Positions 1 to 7,509 are shown, counted from the stretch's first letter. The stretch is 24,000 bases of DNA from Acidiphilium sp. 37-60-79 (GCA_002279355.1 NCBV01000008.1:29235-53234), one strand, 5' to 3'. The notes: generated from the letters alone by a model not told the origin. Program-made: numbers and translations.

Positions 1-1076
1 CGATGCCTGCCGATGCGGTGGCGACCGAGCCGACCTTGACTGAACCGCCGATTGCCGATGCGTTGAAAATCGAACCGATCCGGCTGGAGCTGGGTTATGG
101 GCTGCTGGTGCTGGCCGGGGGCGACACGCCACGCCTCACCGAGCAGATTAAGGCATTGCGGCGGGCGATTGCAACCGAGATGGGGTTCATTTTGGCGCCG
201 GTGCGAATTCAGGATAATATGCAGCTTCCGGCCAACACCTATGTCATCCGGATCAAAGAGATTGAGGCGGGGCGCGGGCAGTTGCGGCCGGGGCAGGTGT
301 TAGCGATGCGTGCGGGCGCTGCCTTGCCGACGATTGAGGGCGAGGCGACAACGGAGCCCGCGTTCGGCTTGCCGGCACTCTGGATCGATCCGTCGCAGCG
401 CGATGTGGCGATGGCCAAAGGCTGCACGGTGGTGGACCCGGCGAGTGTGCTGACCACCCATTTGACCGAGATTGTGAAAGATAACATGTCGGAACTGCTC
501 TCTTACGCGGAGACGCAGAAATTGCTGGATGATTTGCCGCGTGAGCAACAACGCTTGATTGCGGATTTGATCCCGAGCCAAGTGACGGTGGGCACGGTGC
601 AGCGGGTGTTGCAGGCCTTGCTGGCCGAGCGTGTGTCGATCCGGGATCTAGCAACGATTTTGGAAGGGATTCAGGAAGCGTGGACGATGCAGATCCGTGC
701 GGTGCCGATTATTGCCGCCCATGTGCGCACGCGCCTTGCCCGGCAGTTGAGCGATGCGTATTTGGGGCCGCAGGGCTATTTGCCGTTAGTGGTGCTAAGC
801 CCGGAATGGGAGCAGGAATTAGCCGAAGCGCTGGTTGGCCCGCCCGATCAGCGGCAATTGGCGCTGCCGCCGTCACGCTTATCTGATTTGATCAAGCGCA
901 TTAGCCAAGTGTTCGAAACGGCAGCGCGCGAAGGGGAATCGCCGGTCTTGCTGACGAGTGCAGCGCTGCGCAGCCATATTCGGGCGGTGATCGAGCGGAT
1001 ACAGCCGACCACGCCGGTTTTGGCGCAGACGGAAATTATGCCACGGGTGCGAATTCGCACTATCGCGGCGATTTGA
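1..1076 (+). CDS. flhA: Flagellar type III export gate protein FlhA, C-terminal cytoplasmic part. The 5' end lies outside the window.
   Basis: The frame of ORF 3..1076 is open to the left edge. The translation carries FlhA linker and cytoplasmic-domain hallmarks: IEPIRLELGYGLL, LTEQIKALRRAIATEMGFILAPVRIQDN, THLTEIVKDNMSELLSYAETQKLLD. The Met at nt 3 is internal, since full FlhA is about 700 aa. Confidence 0.93.
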   Translation, partial: MPADAVATEPTLTEPPIADALKIEPIRLELGYGLLVLAGGDTPRLTEQIKALRRAIATEMGFILAPVRIQDNMQLPANTYVIRIKEIEAGRGQLRPGQVLAMRAGAALPTIEGEATTEPAFGLPALWIDPSQRDVAMAKGCTVVDPASVLTTHLTEIVKDNMSELLSYAETQKLLDDLPREQQRLIADLIPSQVTVGTVQRVLQALLAERVSIRDLATILEGIQEAWTMQIRAVPIIAAHVRTRLARQLSDAYLGPQGYLPLVVLSPEWEQELAEALVGPPDQRQLALPPSRLSDLIKRISQVFETAAREGESPVLLTSAALRSHIRAVIERIQPTTPVLAQTEIMPRVRIRTIAAI

Positions 1077-1081
1077 TCGGC

Positions 1082-1122
1082 CCGGCCATGCCTCACCCGA
1101 TGGTGCATCCGAGCATGGCCGG
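1082..1122 (+). terminator. Inverted repeat just after the flhA stop; possible terminator or attenuator
   Basis: Perfect 10-bp arms CCGGCCATGC (1082-1091) and GCATGGCCGG (1113-1122). The 21-nt loop contains an inner GATG-gtg-CATC stem. It is followed by ATATGATGTTTTA. The long loop and non-adjacent T-run keep confidence low. Confidence 0.35.
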
Positions 1123-1239
1123 ATATGATGTTTTACCGAGCATGAGGGCCGCTTTTGCTTGGCCACTCCCGCCGGGTTCCACGCCGAAAATCGGCTTCAG
1201 CCATCAGCTTTTGCCCGATGATCCGCATGGAGTGATCCG

Positions 1240-1785
1240 ATGTTTCGACCCCGCCGCGTTCTTGTTCTGGCGACACGTCGCCATCCTACTTTGACCACCG
1301 CCCTGGTGGCGGCTCTTGAAAAATCCGGCTTTCTTGCCGCGATCGATCCGCCCGGCTGCGACGAGGACGAGCCTGTCGATGTGGTGATCAGGACCGAGAC
1401 CATTGGCCGTATGATTGCTGTGCCAAAGGAGGTGGCTGATTTTTTGGTGCTGTTGCTGCGCGATGATGTGGCGAGCCTGACTTCGGGTTTTATGACCTTA
1501 AAGGCGGCGCTCGGCGTGCGCGGGCCGCATGCGGCGCCGTGCTTCGTGGCAATGCTGGTCGATGAGCCGACCACCACGCTCGCGGCGCTGCAGGCGCATC
1601 GATCCTTGAATCGGGCGGCGAAAAGATTTCTCAGGCTGGACTTGATCCATAGCCCGGATATCGAGGCGGATGACGAAAAAATTAGGGCGGTGGCGCGCAG
1701 CTTGGCGCGGCGGATTGGTGCGAAATTGCGGCTGCATCAATCATCGCGGCGGCGCGATGAGGAGACATTGAGGGCGAGCGGGTGA
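1240..1785 (+). CDS. Hypothetical 181-aa protein with a weak MinD/ParA (FlhG/FleN)-like pattern and no Walker A P-loop
   Basis: ATG at 1240 with GGAG 7 nt upstream. RRVLVLATRRHPTLTTALVAALEKSGFLAAID resembles the FlhG/MinD N-terminus, but TRRHPT replaces GKGGVGKT. VDVVIRTETIG...ADFLVLLLRDDVASLTSGFMTLKAAL resembles the Walker B plus 'EptSltDAyalIK' segment. The similarity was judged by eye only. Confidence 0.55.
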   Translation: MFRPRRVLVLATRRHPTLTTALVAALEKSGFLAAIDPPGCDEDEPVDVVIRTETIGRMIAVPKEVADFLVLLLRDDVASLTSGFMTLKAALGVRGPHAAPCFVAMLVDEPTTTLAALQAHRSLNRAAKRFLRLDLIHSPDIEADDEKIRAVARSLARRIGAKLRLHQSSRRRDEETLRASG

Positions 1786-2651
1786 TGCGAATCGACCAGC
1801 CGTTGCAGACGTTCGGCGAGGACATGGGTGTAGATTTGGGTGGTGGCGATGTCGGCATGGCCGAGCAGCATTTGCAGGCTGCGCAAATCGGCACCATGGG
1901 CGAGCAAATGCGAGGCGAAGGCGTGGCGCAGCACATGAGGCGAGATGCGTGCGGGGTCCAGCCCGGCTTTCAGGGCGACGCGTTTGAGGATTAGGGCAAA
2001 GCCTTGGCGGGTCATGGCCTCGGCGGGGTTGCGGCCGGGAAACAGGAAGCGGGTCGCTTTGGCATGGTGAGCGCGCAACTCGGCAGCGGCGTTGCGGGCG
2101 GCGTTCGATAGTGGGACGATGCGTTCGCGCCCGCCTTTGCCGCGAATGAGCAGAATTGCCGCATCAGAGGATAGGGCGTTGGCGGGCAGGCTGAGCAATT
2201 CGGACACCCGCAAGCCGGTGGCGTAGAGAATTTCCAAACCAGCGCGGGCGAGCCGCCCCTGCTGGCCGGGGAGGTCGGACGCTGCGGCAAAAAGCTGATC
2301 GATTTCGGCTTCGGCCAGAAATTTCGGCAGCGACAAGCCAAGACGGGGCGCGGTCGTTTGATCGGTCGGGTCATCGGTGCGCACGCCATCGCGGAGCAAA
2401 AACCGGTAGAATTGGCGCAGGCTAGAGAGTTTGCGCGCTTGGCTGCGTGCGGCAAGCCCGGCGGCAGCCAGGGCGGCGAGATAATCGGCGATCAGCGCAT
2501 GATCGGCGGTCGTGATCATCTGGCCAGCGGCGGCGCAGAAGCTGGCGAAGCTTTCCAGATCAGTGCGGTAGGCGAGAATCGTATTGCCGGCCGCGCCGCG
2601 CTCGGCGGCGAGTAATTCCAGGAATGCTTCGATATGCCGCTCTATCGCCAT
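1737..2651 (-). CDS. xerD: Site-specific tyrosine recombinase XerD (chromosome dimer resolution)
   Basis: The true start is probably the internal Met at 2651 (MAIERHIEAFLELLAAERGAAGNTILAYRTDL), giving 304 aa. XerD-type motifs present: LPKFLAEAEIDQLF, ATGLRVSELLSL, HVLRHAFASHLL, LLGHADIATTQIYTHV, C-terminal HHP. The longer ORF up to 3107 is antisense to aroK and non-homologous. Confidence 0.85.
   Translation of the reverse strand: MAIERHIEAFLELLAAERGAAGNTILAYRTDLESFASFCAAAGQMITTADHALIADYLAALAAAGLAARSQARKLSSLRQFYRFLLRDGVRTDDPTDQTTAPRLGLSLPKFLAEAEIDQLFAAASDLPGQQGRLARAGLEILYATGLRVSELLSLPANALSSDAAILLIRGKGGRERIVPLSNAARNAAAELRAHHAKATRFLFPGRNPAEAMTRQGFALILKRVALKAGLDPARISPHVLRHAFASHLLAHGADLRSLQMLLGHADIATTQIYTHVLAERLQRLVDSHHPLALNVSSSRRRDD
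1741..1760. other. Palindrome TCATCGCG-GCGG-CGCGATGA (8-bp stem, 4-nt loop) inside the overlapping 3' tails of ORF 1240..1785 and xerD
   Basis: Read directly from the sequence. It begins 2 nt inside the xerD stop codon (1737-1739) and ends 22 nt before the plus-strand ORF's stop codon. No U-tract on either strand. Confidence 0.5.
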
Positions 2652-2679
2652 GCTACGAATGTGGTAAGCCGCGACCGTT

Positions 2680-4362
2680 ATGCAGCACAACCCCACCCCG
2701 CCCCTCCCCGCGCACCCCACGCCGCCGATACCCGCCGGATCGGCGGATCGGAGTATCGTGCTGGTCGGGTTGATGGGCAGCGGCAAATCAGCCATTGGGC
2801 GGCTGCTGGCGCACCGGCTGGGGCTGACATTCCATGATTCCGACACGGTGATTGAGCAGGAACTCGGCATGAGCATTGCCGAGATTTTTGCGCGCCATGG
2901 CGAGGCGGCCTTTCGCGGCGCAGAACGGCGGATTATCGGCCAACTATTGGCCGGCGCGCCGATTGTACTGGCGACCGGCGGTGGTGCATTTATCGATGAG
3001 CAGACCCGTGCGCTGATCCGGCGCACCGCGCGCTCGATCTGGTTGCGCGCCCCGATTGCCCTGCTGTTGAGCCGCGTGGTGGGGCGCCACCATCGGCCGT
3101 TGCTCAATCAGGGCGATCCTGCGGCAATTCTAACCGCTCTTGAAGCGGCGCGCAGCCCGATTTACGCACAGGCGGATATTGTCATTGACAGCACATCGGA
3201 GGCTCCCGCTATGACCGCTCAAGCCGCTTTGGAAGCCCTGACCCAGTTCCAGCCGCCCGAGGACATCGCGGTTGCATTGGCTGATGCGCCCTATCGGGTG
3301 CTGATCGGCGAAAATTTGCTCACCGATGCTGGGAAATATTTGGCGGCGCATTTGCCGCAGCGTCGTGCGATCATTGTCACCGATCAGCATGTGGCGGCGC
3401 ATTATCTGGCACCGTTGCAGCAGAGTTTAACGCAAAACGGCTTCGCGCATCAGGCGCTGATCGTGCCGCCGGGCGAAGGTTCGAAATCGATCGCGCAGTT
3501 TAGCGCGTTGATTGAGGATATTCTGGCCTGCAAACCGGAGCGGCGGAGCGCAATTATCGCACTCGGCGGTGGGGTGATTGGCGATTTGGCCGGGTTTGCC
3601 GCCGCCAGCGCGCTACGCGGCTTACCGTTTGCGCAAATTCCGACCTCGCTGCTCGCACAGGTGGATTCCAGCGTGGGTGGCAAAACCGGGATCAACTCGC
3701 GCCACGGCAAAAACCTGATCGGCGCGTTTCATCAGCCGCGCATCGTGCTGATCGATAGTGCGACGCTGCGCACCCTGCCCCGGCGTGAGCGCGCGGCGGG
3801 CTATGCGGAAATTCTGAAAGCCGGGCTGATTGCCGAGCCGGATTTGTTTGAATGGTGCCTCGCGCACGGGCTGGCCGTGATTGAGGGGGATGCGGCGGCG
3901 CAGCGTCAGGCGATCAGCCGGGCGGTGCGCTTCAAGGCGCGGGTGGTGGTGGCGGACCCGCATGAGCAGGCACCGGAAAATGGTCGGGCGTTGCTCAATC
4001 TGGGTCATAGTTTTGCCCATGCGTTTGAGGCAGAGACCGGCTATGGCGCGGCGTTGCTGCATGGCGAGGCGGTGGCGATTGGATTGGTGTGCGCGCTGCA
4101 TCTCTCGGCGGTTCTGGGGTTTTGCCCGGCGGGCTTGGCCGAGCAGGTGGCGGCGCATTTGGCACAAATCGGGTTACCGAACCGAATTCCGGCGGGCAGC
4201 GTGGATGGGTTGATTGGCCATATGCGCAACGACAAAAAAATGCGCGATGGCAAGCTTGCGTTCGTGCTCGCGCGCGGTGTGGGGCAGGCTTTCACCGATC
4301 GGGGCGTGCCTGAGCAGGCGGTGCGGGCGACGCTGCGGGCGAACGGGGCGGGCGATGTATAA
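2680..4362 (+). CDS. aroKB: Bifunctional shikimate kinase / 3-dehydroquinate synthase (AroK-AroB fusion)
   Basis: Single 560-aa ORF. The N-terminal ~190 aa is AroK-like (LVGLMGSGKSAIGRLLA P-loop, FHDSD, AFRGAERR). The rest is AroB-like (YRVLIGENLL, GGGVIGDLAGFAAA, PTSLLAQVDSSVGGKTGIN, NLGHSFAHAFE, LLHGEAVAIG). The start is uncertain: ATG 2680 has no SD, and the in-frame GTG 2758 has GGAG 4 nt upstream. Confidence 0.9.
   Translation: MQHNPTPPLPAHPTPPIPAGSADRSIVLVGLMGSGKSAIGRLLAHRLGLTFHDSDTVIEQELGMSIAEIFARHGEAAFRGAERRIIGQLLAGAPIVLATGGGAFIDEQTRALIRRTARSIWLRAPIALLLSRVVGRHHRPLLNQGDPAAILTALEAARSPIYAQADIVIDSTSEAPAMTAQAALEALTQFQPPEDIAVALADAPYRVLIGENLLTDAGKYLAAHLPQRRAIIVTDQHVAAHYLAPLQQSLTQNGFAHQALIVPPGEGSKSIAQFSALIEDILACKPERRSAIIALGGGVIGDLAGFAAASALRGLPFAQIPTSLLAQVDSSVGGKTGINSRHGKNLIGAFHQPRIVLIDSATLRTLPRRERAAGYAEILKAGLIAEPDLFEWCLAHGLAVIEGDAAAQRQAISRAVRFKARVVVADPHEQAPENGRALLNLGHSFAHAFEAETGYGAALLHGEAVAIGLVCALHLSAVLGFCPAGLAEQVAAHLAQIGLPNRIPAGSVDGLIGHMRNDKKMRDGKLAFVLARGVGQAFTDRGVPEQAVRATLRANGAGDV
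2691..2718 (-). other. G-quadruplex / i-motif-forming tract with G-runs on the minus strand
   Basis: The plus strand reads CCCC-A-CCCC-G-CCCC-T-CCCC-GCGCA-CCCC. That gives five G4 runs on the minus strand, four of them joined by 1-nt loops. It lies 40-67 nt upstream of the xerD ATG and within codons 4-13 of the longest aroKB ORF. Confidence 0.7.
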
Positions 4363-5038
4363 TCCAGCGTCGTTTCGCACCGAGGATCAGGATGAAATGG
4401 CCGCGATCATGCGCGCCGCCCGGCTGCCGATTTTGGTTAGCGCGACGGCCTCGGGGATTGAAGCGACCCATTTGCCGCTCTGCTACGCGCCGGAACCGGG
4501 GCCGTGCGGCCGGCTGGTCGGGCATATGGCGCGGGCCAACAAACATTGGCACGCGTTGCGCGATGGCGCGCCAACGATGGTGATTTTTCAGGCGGATGAT
4601 TTTTACGTCTCGCCGAGCTGGTATGCGACCAAGCGCGAGACCGGGCGGGTGGTGCCGACGTGGAATTATCAGGCGGTGCACGCGGCGGGCTCCGTGCGGT
4701 TGATCGACGACCCAACTGAGCTGCACGGCATTGTGACAACGCTGACCGATCATCATGAGGCGACGCGCGCAACGCCATGGCGGGTGGATGATGCGCCGGC
4801 GGATTATATCGCGGCGCAACTCAAGGCGATTATCGGGATTGAACTCACCATCACCAGCCTGATCGGCAAGCGCAAGCTCAGTCAGAATCGGTCATTGGCG
4901 GATCGGCAAGGGGTGATCGCCGGGCTGCGCGAGGCTGGCGATCCGGCTGCGGCTTGCTTGATGCAAGCGGTGGAACCGGCGGGCGCATCATCGGCGGATC
5001 AACCTGACCCAGCACCCAGCCTTCGACCGGGTCGATAG
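4355..5038 (+). CDS. PaiB-family FMN-binding putative transcriptional regulator
   Basis: Start taken at MYNPASFRTED (ATG 4355), which overlaps the aroKB stop as ATGTATAA. Family motifs: HMARANKHW, YVSPSWYATK, VPTWNYQAVHA, KRKLSQNRSLADRQGV. About 20 non-conserved C-terminal residues run into the convergent gene. Confidence 0.8.
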   Translation: MYNPASFRTEDQDEMAAIMRAARLPILVSATASGIEATHLPLCYAPEPGPCGRLVGHMARANKHWHALRDGAPTMVIFQADDFYVSPSWYATKRETGRVVPTWNYQAVHAAGSVRLIDDPTELHGIVTTLTDHHEATRATPWRVDDAPADYIAAQLKAIIGIELTITSLIGKRKLSQNRSLADRQGVIAGLREAGDPAAACLMQAVEPAGASSADQPDPAPSLRPGR

Positions 5039-5930
5039 GGCGTTGCGCGGGCGCGCGATCGGGCGCGCCGTTGAGGATGGCGATGACATTCAGCGCGCCG
5101 AGCAGACTATCGAATTGATCCTCGCCGGTTTGGGTCGGGCCGAAACCCTTGGTCATGGCAATTTCCAAGGCGGGGCTTGGATCGGCGTGCAGACGCGCAA
5201 GGGTGCGCCGGAGATCGGGGGCGAGAGCTTGGCGGTCGGCCTGTTTGCGCTTGCTGCCATGCAGCACGAGACCAAGCTGCACCAGGGATTCGGCGGGGTA
5301 GGTCTCGGCGATGACGATGTGCGCCGGATGCAGCAAGGCGCAAAAATCGCCGTCGAACGGCCAGAGGCTGAGCGGTATTTGCGCGGCGAAGGCGGGCAAC
5401 AGGCAATCGCGCCAGGCCGATAAGGCGGCTTTGCCACATTGATTGGCGCCGAGGGTCCAGAACAGCGGTGCGCCACCGGGACGATGGGCGGTGGGGTGAT
5501 CGACGGCGCGGCGCAAATCTTGCGGGTCCGCGAGGCCTAACGCCTGCGCCAGGGCGGCCAAATGCCCGGCGCCGGAGACGCGGGTGCGCGGATAAAATGG
5601 GCGGGCGAGGGATATTTCCGCTGGGCTGTCGCAGACGCGAAACAAGGGGTCGTTTGGGCGCAGGGCGCGCAGCCAGGCCGGAAAATCGGTTATCGCCGCG
5701 CGGTCGGCGTAAGCACGGGGCAAGCCGAGCGGGAAATCCGCACCGAAAGCGACCGGGGTGCCGGCTGCCTTATGCAACAGCGTGGCGAGCAGATCGCCCG
5801 GGGGACCGACCGGCGCGGGCGCGGCCACCAACCAGCGACCGGCGCGGCGTTTTGCCGTGGTGATGATGCGTTTCGCCGGATTGACGCTCCAATCGGCATG
5901 GGCGGCTAACATTGGTGCGTCGCGATCCAT
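4878..5930 (-). CDS. Hypothetical protein, possibly a DUF429-like RNase H-fold predicted nuclease
   Basis: Long ORF (4878..5969) with genome-typical codon usage. Acidic-residue contexts resemble DUF429: HADWS near the N-terminus, IVIAETYPAE, GEDQFDSLLGAL, and EGWVLG near the end of the conserved core. The start is ambiguous among Met at 5969, 5930 (AGGA 3 nt upstream) and 5912. Confidence 0.5.
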   Translation of the reverse strand: MDRDAPMLAAHADWSVNPAKRIITTAKRRAGRWLVAAPAPVGPPGDLLATLLHKAAGTPVAFGADFPLGLPRAYADRAAITDFPAWLRALRPNDPLFRVCDSPAEISLARPFYPRTRVSGAGHLAALAQALGLADPQDLRRAVDHPTAHRPGGAPLFWTLGANQCGKAALSAWRDCLLPAFAAQIPLSLWPFDGDFCALLHPAHIVIAETYPAESLVQLGLVLHGSKRKQADRQALAPDLRRTLARLHADPSPALEIAMTKGFGPTQTGEDQFDSLLGALNVIAILNGAPDRAPAQRPIDPVEGWVLGQVDPPMMRPPVPPLASSKPQPDRQPRAARRSPLADPPMTDSD

Positions 5931-6055
5931 CCATCCTGTCCGGCTTGAAAAATTATCGGGCGGTCCCATCGAATTGATAGGGAGATCGGGCTATAGCGCC
6001 CTCGATGATACTTATTCAAAGCATTGATGATCCAACGCATGACATGGAGCAAAAA

Positions 6056-6592
6056 ATGGAACCGCGCTATCGCACTATTGTTCAGATTCTGCATTGGCTG
6101 ATCGCACTCGCCGTGATTGAACTGATTTTGGCGGGGCTGATTTTGAAATATGATCTGGCGCCCAAGCCGCTGCGGCCAGTGCTGTTTATGCTGCATGTGG
6201 GCACGGGTCTGACCGTGCTCGTGTTGATGATCGCGCGCTTGGGGCTGCGCCTGATCCACCGGCCACCGCCGCTGCCCGCGACGGTGCCGGGGCATGAGCG
6301 GCTTGCCTCGACGGTGGCGCATTGGCTGTTTTATGCGATGGTGCTCACGATGCCGGTGTTCGGCGTGCTGTTTGTCCAGGCGCATGGGCATAAGGTGGTT
6401 TGGTTCGGCTTGGTAACATTGCCGCTTTTCGTCGGTAAAAATGCCGCAATCGGCACACTGTTTTATGCGCTGCATTTTTATGTGGGCTTGAGCCTGCTCG
6501 CTTTGATTGTGCTGCATGTGAGTGCGGTGATCCGCCATGAAAAGCGGGGCGAGCGGATGTTGATCCGGATGATGCCGCGCCGCCAGCGCTAA
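6056..6592 (+). CDS. Cytochrome b561 family protein (CybB-like, four-TM di-haem)
   Basis: Start chosen at ATG 6056 (GGAG 6 nt upstream), giving 178 aa. Four hydrophobic helices carry conserved His contexts: QILHWLIAL, FMLHVGTG, VAHWLFYAMV, LHFYVG...LHVSAVIRHE. Confidence 0.85.
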   Translation: MEPRYRTIVQILHWLIALAVIELILAGLILKYDLAPKPLRPVLFMLHVGTGLTVLVLMIARLGLRLIHRPPPLPATVPGHERLASTVAHWLFYAMVLTMPVFGVLFVQAHGHKVVWFGLVTLPLFVGKNAAIGTLFYALHFYVGLSLLALIVLHVSAVIRHEKRGERMLIRMMPRRQR

Positions 6593-6593
6593 C

Positions 6594-7406
6594 TTATCGC
6601 GCCGGCATGGCCGGGGCGAGGCGGCCACCGACGCGCACCGGCTCGATCCGGATGGCGCGGCCGGTGGCGTCGGTCTCGATAAAGGCGCCGCAAATCGTCG
6701 CGGGACCATCGGCGGGGTGCAGTCGTTCGCCGGGCATTTTTTTGATGAAGCGGGCGATGGCGGGTTCTTTGGTCATGCCGATCACGCTGTCGAAATCGCC
6801 GCACATGCCGACATCGGACATGTAGGCGGTGCCGCCGGGGAGCACTTGGTGATCGGCGGTTGGGCAATGGGTATGGGTGCCGAGCACCACGCTGACCGCC
6901 CCATCGAACGCATGGGCGAAGGCCATTTTCTCGCTGGTGGCCTCGCCGTGGAAATCGACCAGGATGGCGGCATGGGTGGCGCCGAGCCGCGCACGGGTGA
7001 GCAGGGTTTCCATCGCCCGGAACGGGCAATCGAGCGGGTCCATGAACAGCCGTCCCATCGCGTTGACCACCAGCACGCGCTGACCGCCGGGGAGGGTGAG
7101 ATCGACCATGCCCTCGCCGGGGGTGCCTGTTGGAAAATTGATCGGCCGGATCAGGCGCTTTTGCTGGGCGATGTAGGGAATGATTTCGCGCCGATCCCAC
7201 GCATGATTGCCGAGCGTGATCACATCGGCACCGGCGGCGAAGATTTTCTCCGCCATATCCGGGGCGAGGCCAAAGCCGTGCGAAGCGTTTTCGGCGTTCA
7301 CCACCGCGAGATCGATCGCGAGATCACGGCGCAGGCCGGGCAAGGCAGCTTCGACCGCATCGCGCCCGGTGCGGCCCAATACATCACCCAAAAACAAAAT
7401 CCGCAT
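6594..7406 (-). CDS. YmdB-type (TIGR00282-like) metallophosphoesterase
   Basis: Start at MRILFLGDVLGRTGR (ATG 7406) with AAGGAG 5 nt upstream. Motifs: VVNAENASHGFG, ITLGNHAWD, VDFHGEATSEK, GTHTHCPTAD, MSDVGMCG. Confidence 0.88.
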   Translation of the reverse strand: MRILFLGDVLGRTGRDAVEAALPGLRRDLAIDLAVVNAENASHGFGLAPDMAEKIFAAGADVITLGNHAWDRREIIPYIAQQKRLIRPINFPTGTPGEGMVDLTLPGGQRVLVVNAMGRLFMDPLDCPFRAMETLLTRARLGATHAAILVDFHGEATSEKMAFAHAFDGAVSVVLGTHTHCPTADHQVLPGGTAYMSDVGMCGDFDSVIGMTKEPAIARFIKKMPGERLHPADGPATICGAFIETDATGRAIRIEPVRVGGRLAPAMPAR

Positions 7407-7509
7407 AGTCGCTCCTTTTTCGCGATTCTCGATAGGGTGAAGTGCCGACCGGAGCAATGGGCGATCACGCGTTGGTGAAATTGACAATTGATGATGCGCC
7501 AGTCAAGCG

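Noticed and set aside
1737-2651. Tyrosine recombinase as a marker of an integrated mobile element
   Set aside because: The motifs and the xerD/aroK-aroB neighbourhood fit the housekeeping XerD. There is no flanking tRNA, no direct repeats, and no phage, IS or conjugation genes in the window.
2652-3107. 152-codon N-terminal extension of the xerD ORF (track ORF 1737..3107)
   Set aside because: The extension is antisense to aroK and is Arg/Ser/Pro-rich. XerD homology begins exactly at the Met at 2651.
6022-6030. The 9-mer ATTGATGAT is shared by the cytochrome b561 upstream region (6022-6030) and the RND operon upstream region (7487-7495); the region also has weak Fur-box resemblance
   Set aside because: Repeated 9-mers are expected many times by chance in 24 kb. 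The match to the 19-bp Fur consensus is only about half of positions.
5906-6709. 267-aa minus-strand His/Arg/Gln-rich ORF
   Set aside because: It is antisense to the cytochrome b561 gene, whose four-helix, conserved-His pattern is convincing. The composition (HRHREHHRIKQPMRHRR) looks like a frame artefact.
6717-7478. 253-aa plus-strand ORF
   Set aside because: It is antisense to the YmdB-type phosphoesterase gene, which has a strong SD and family motifs. The ORF has no motifs of its own.
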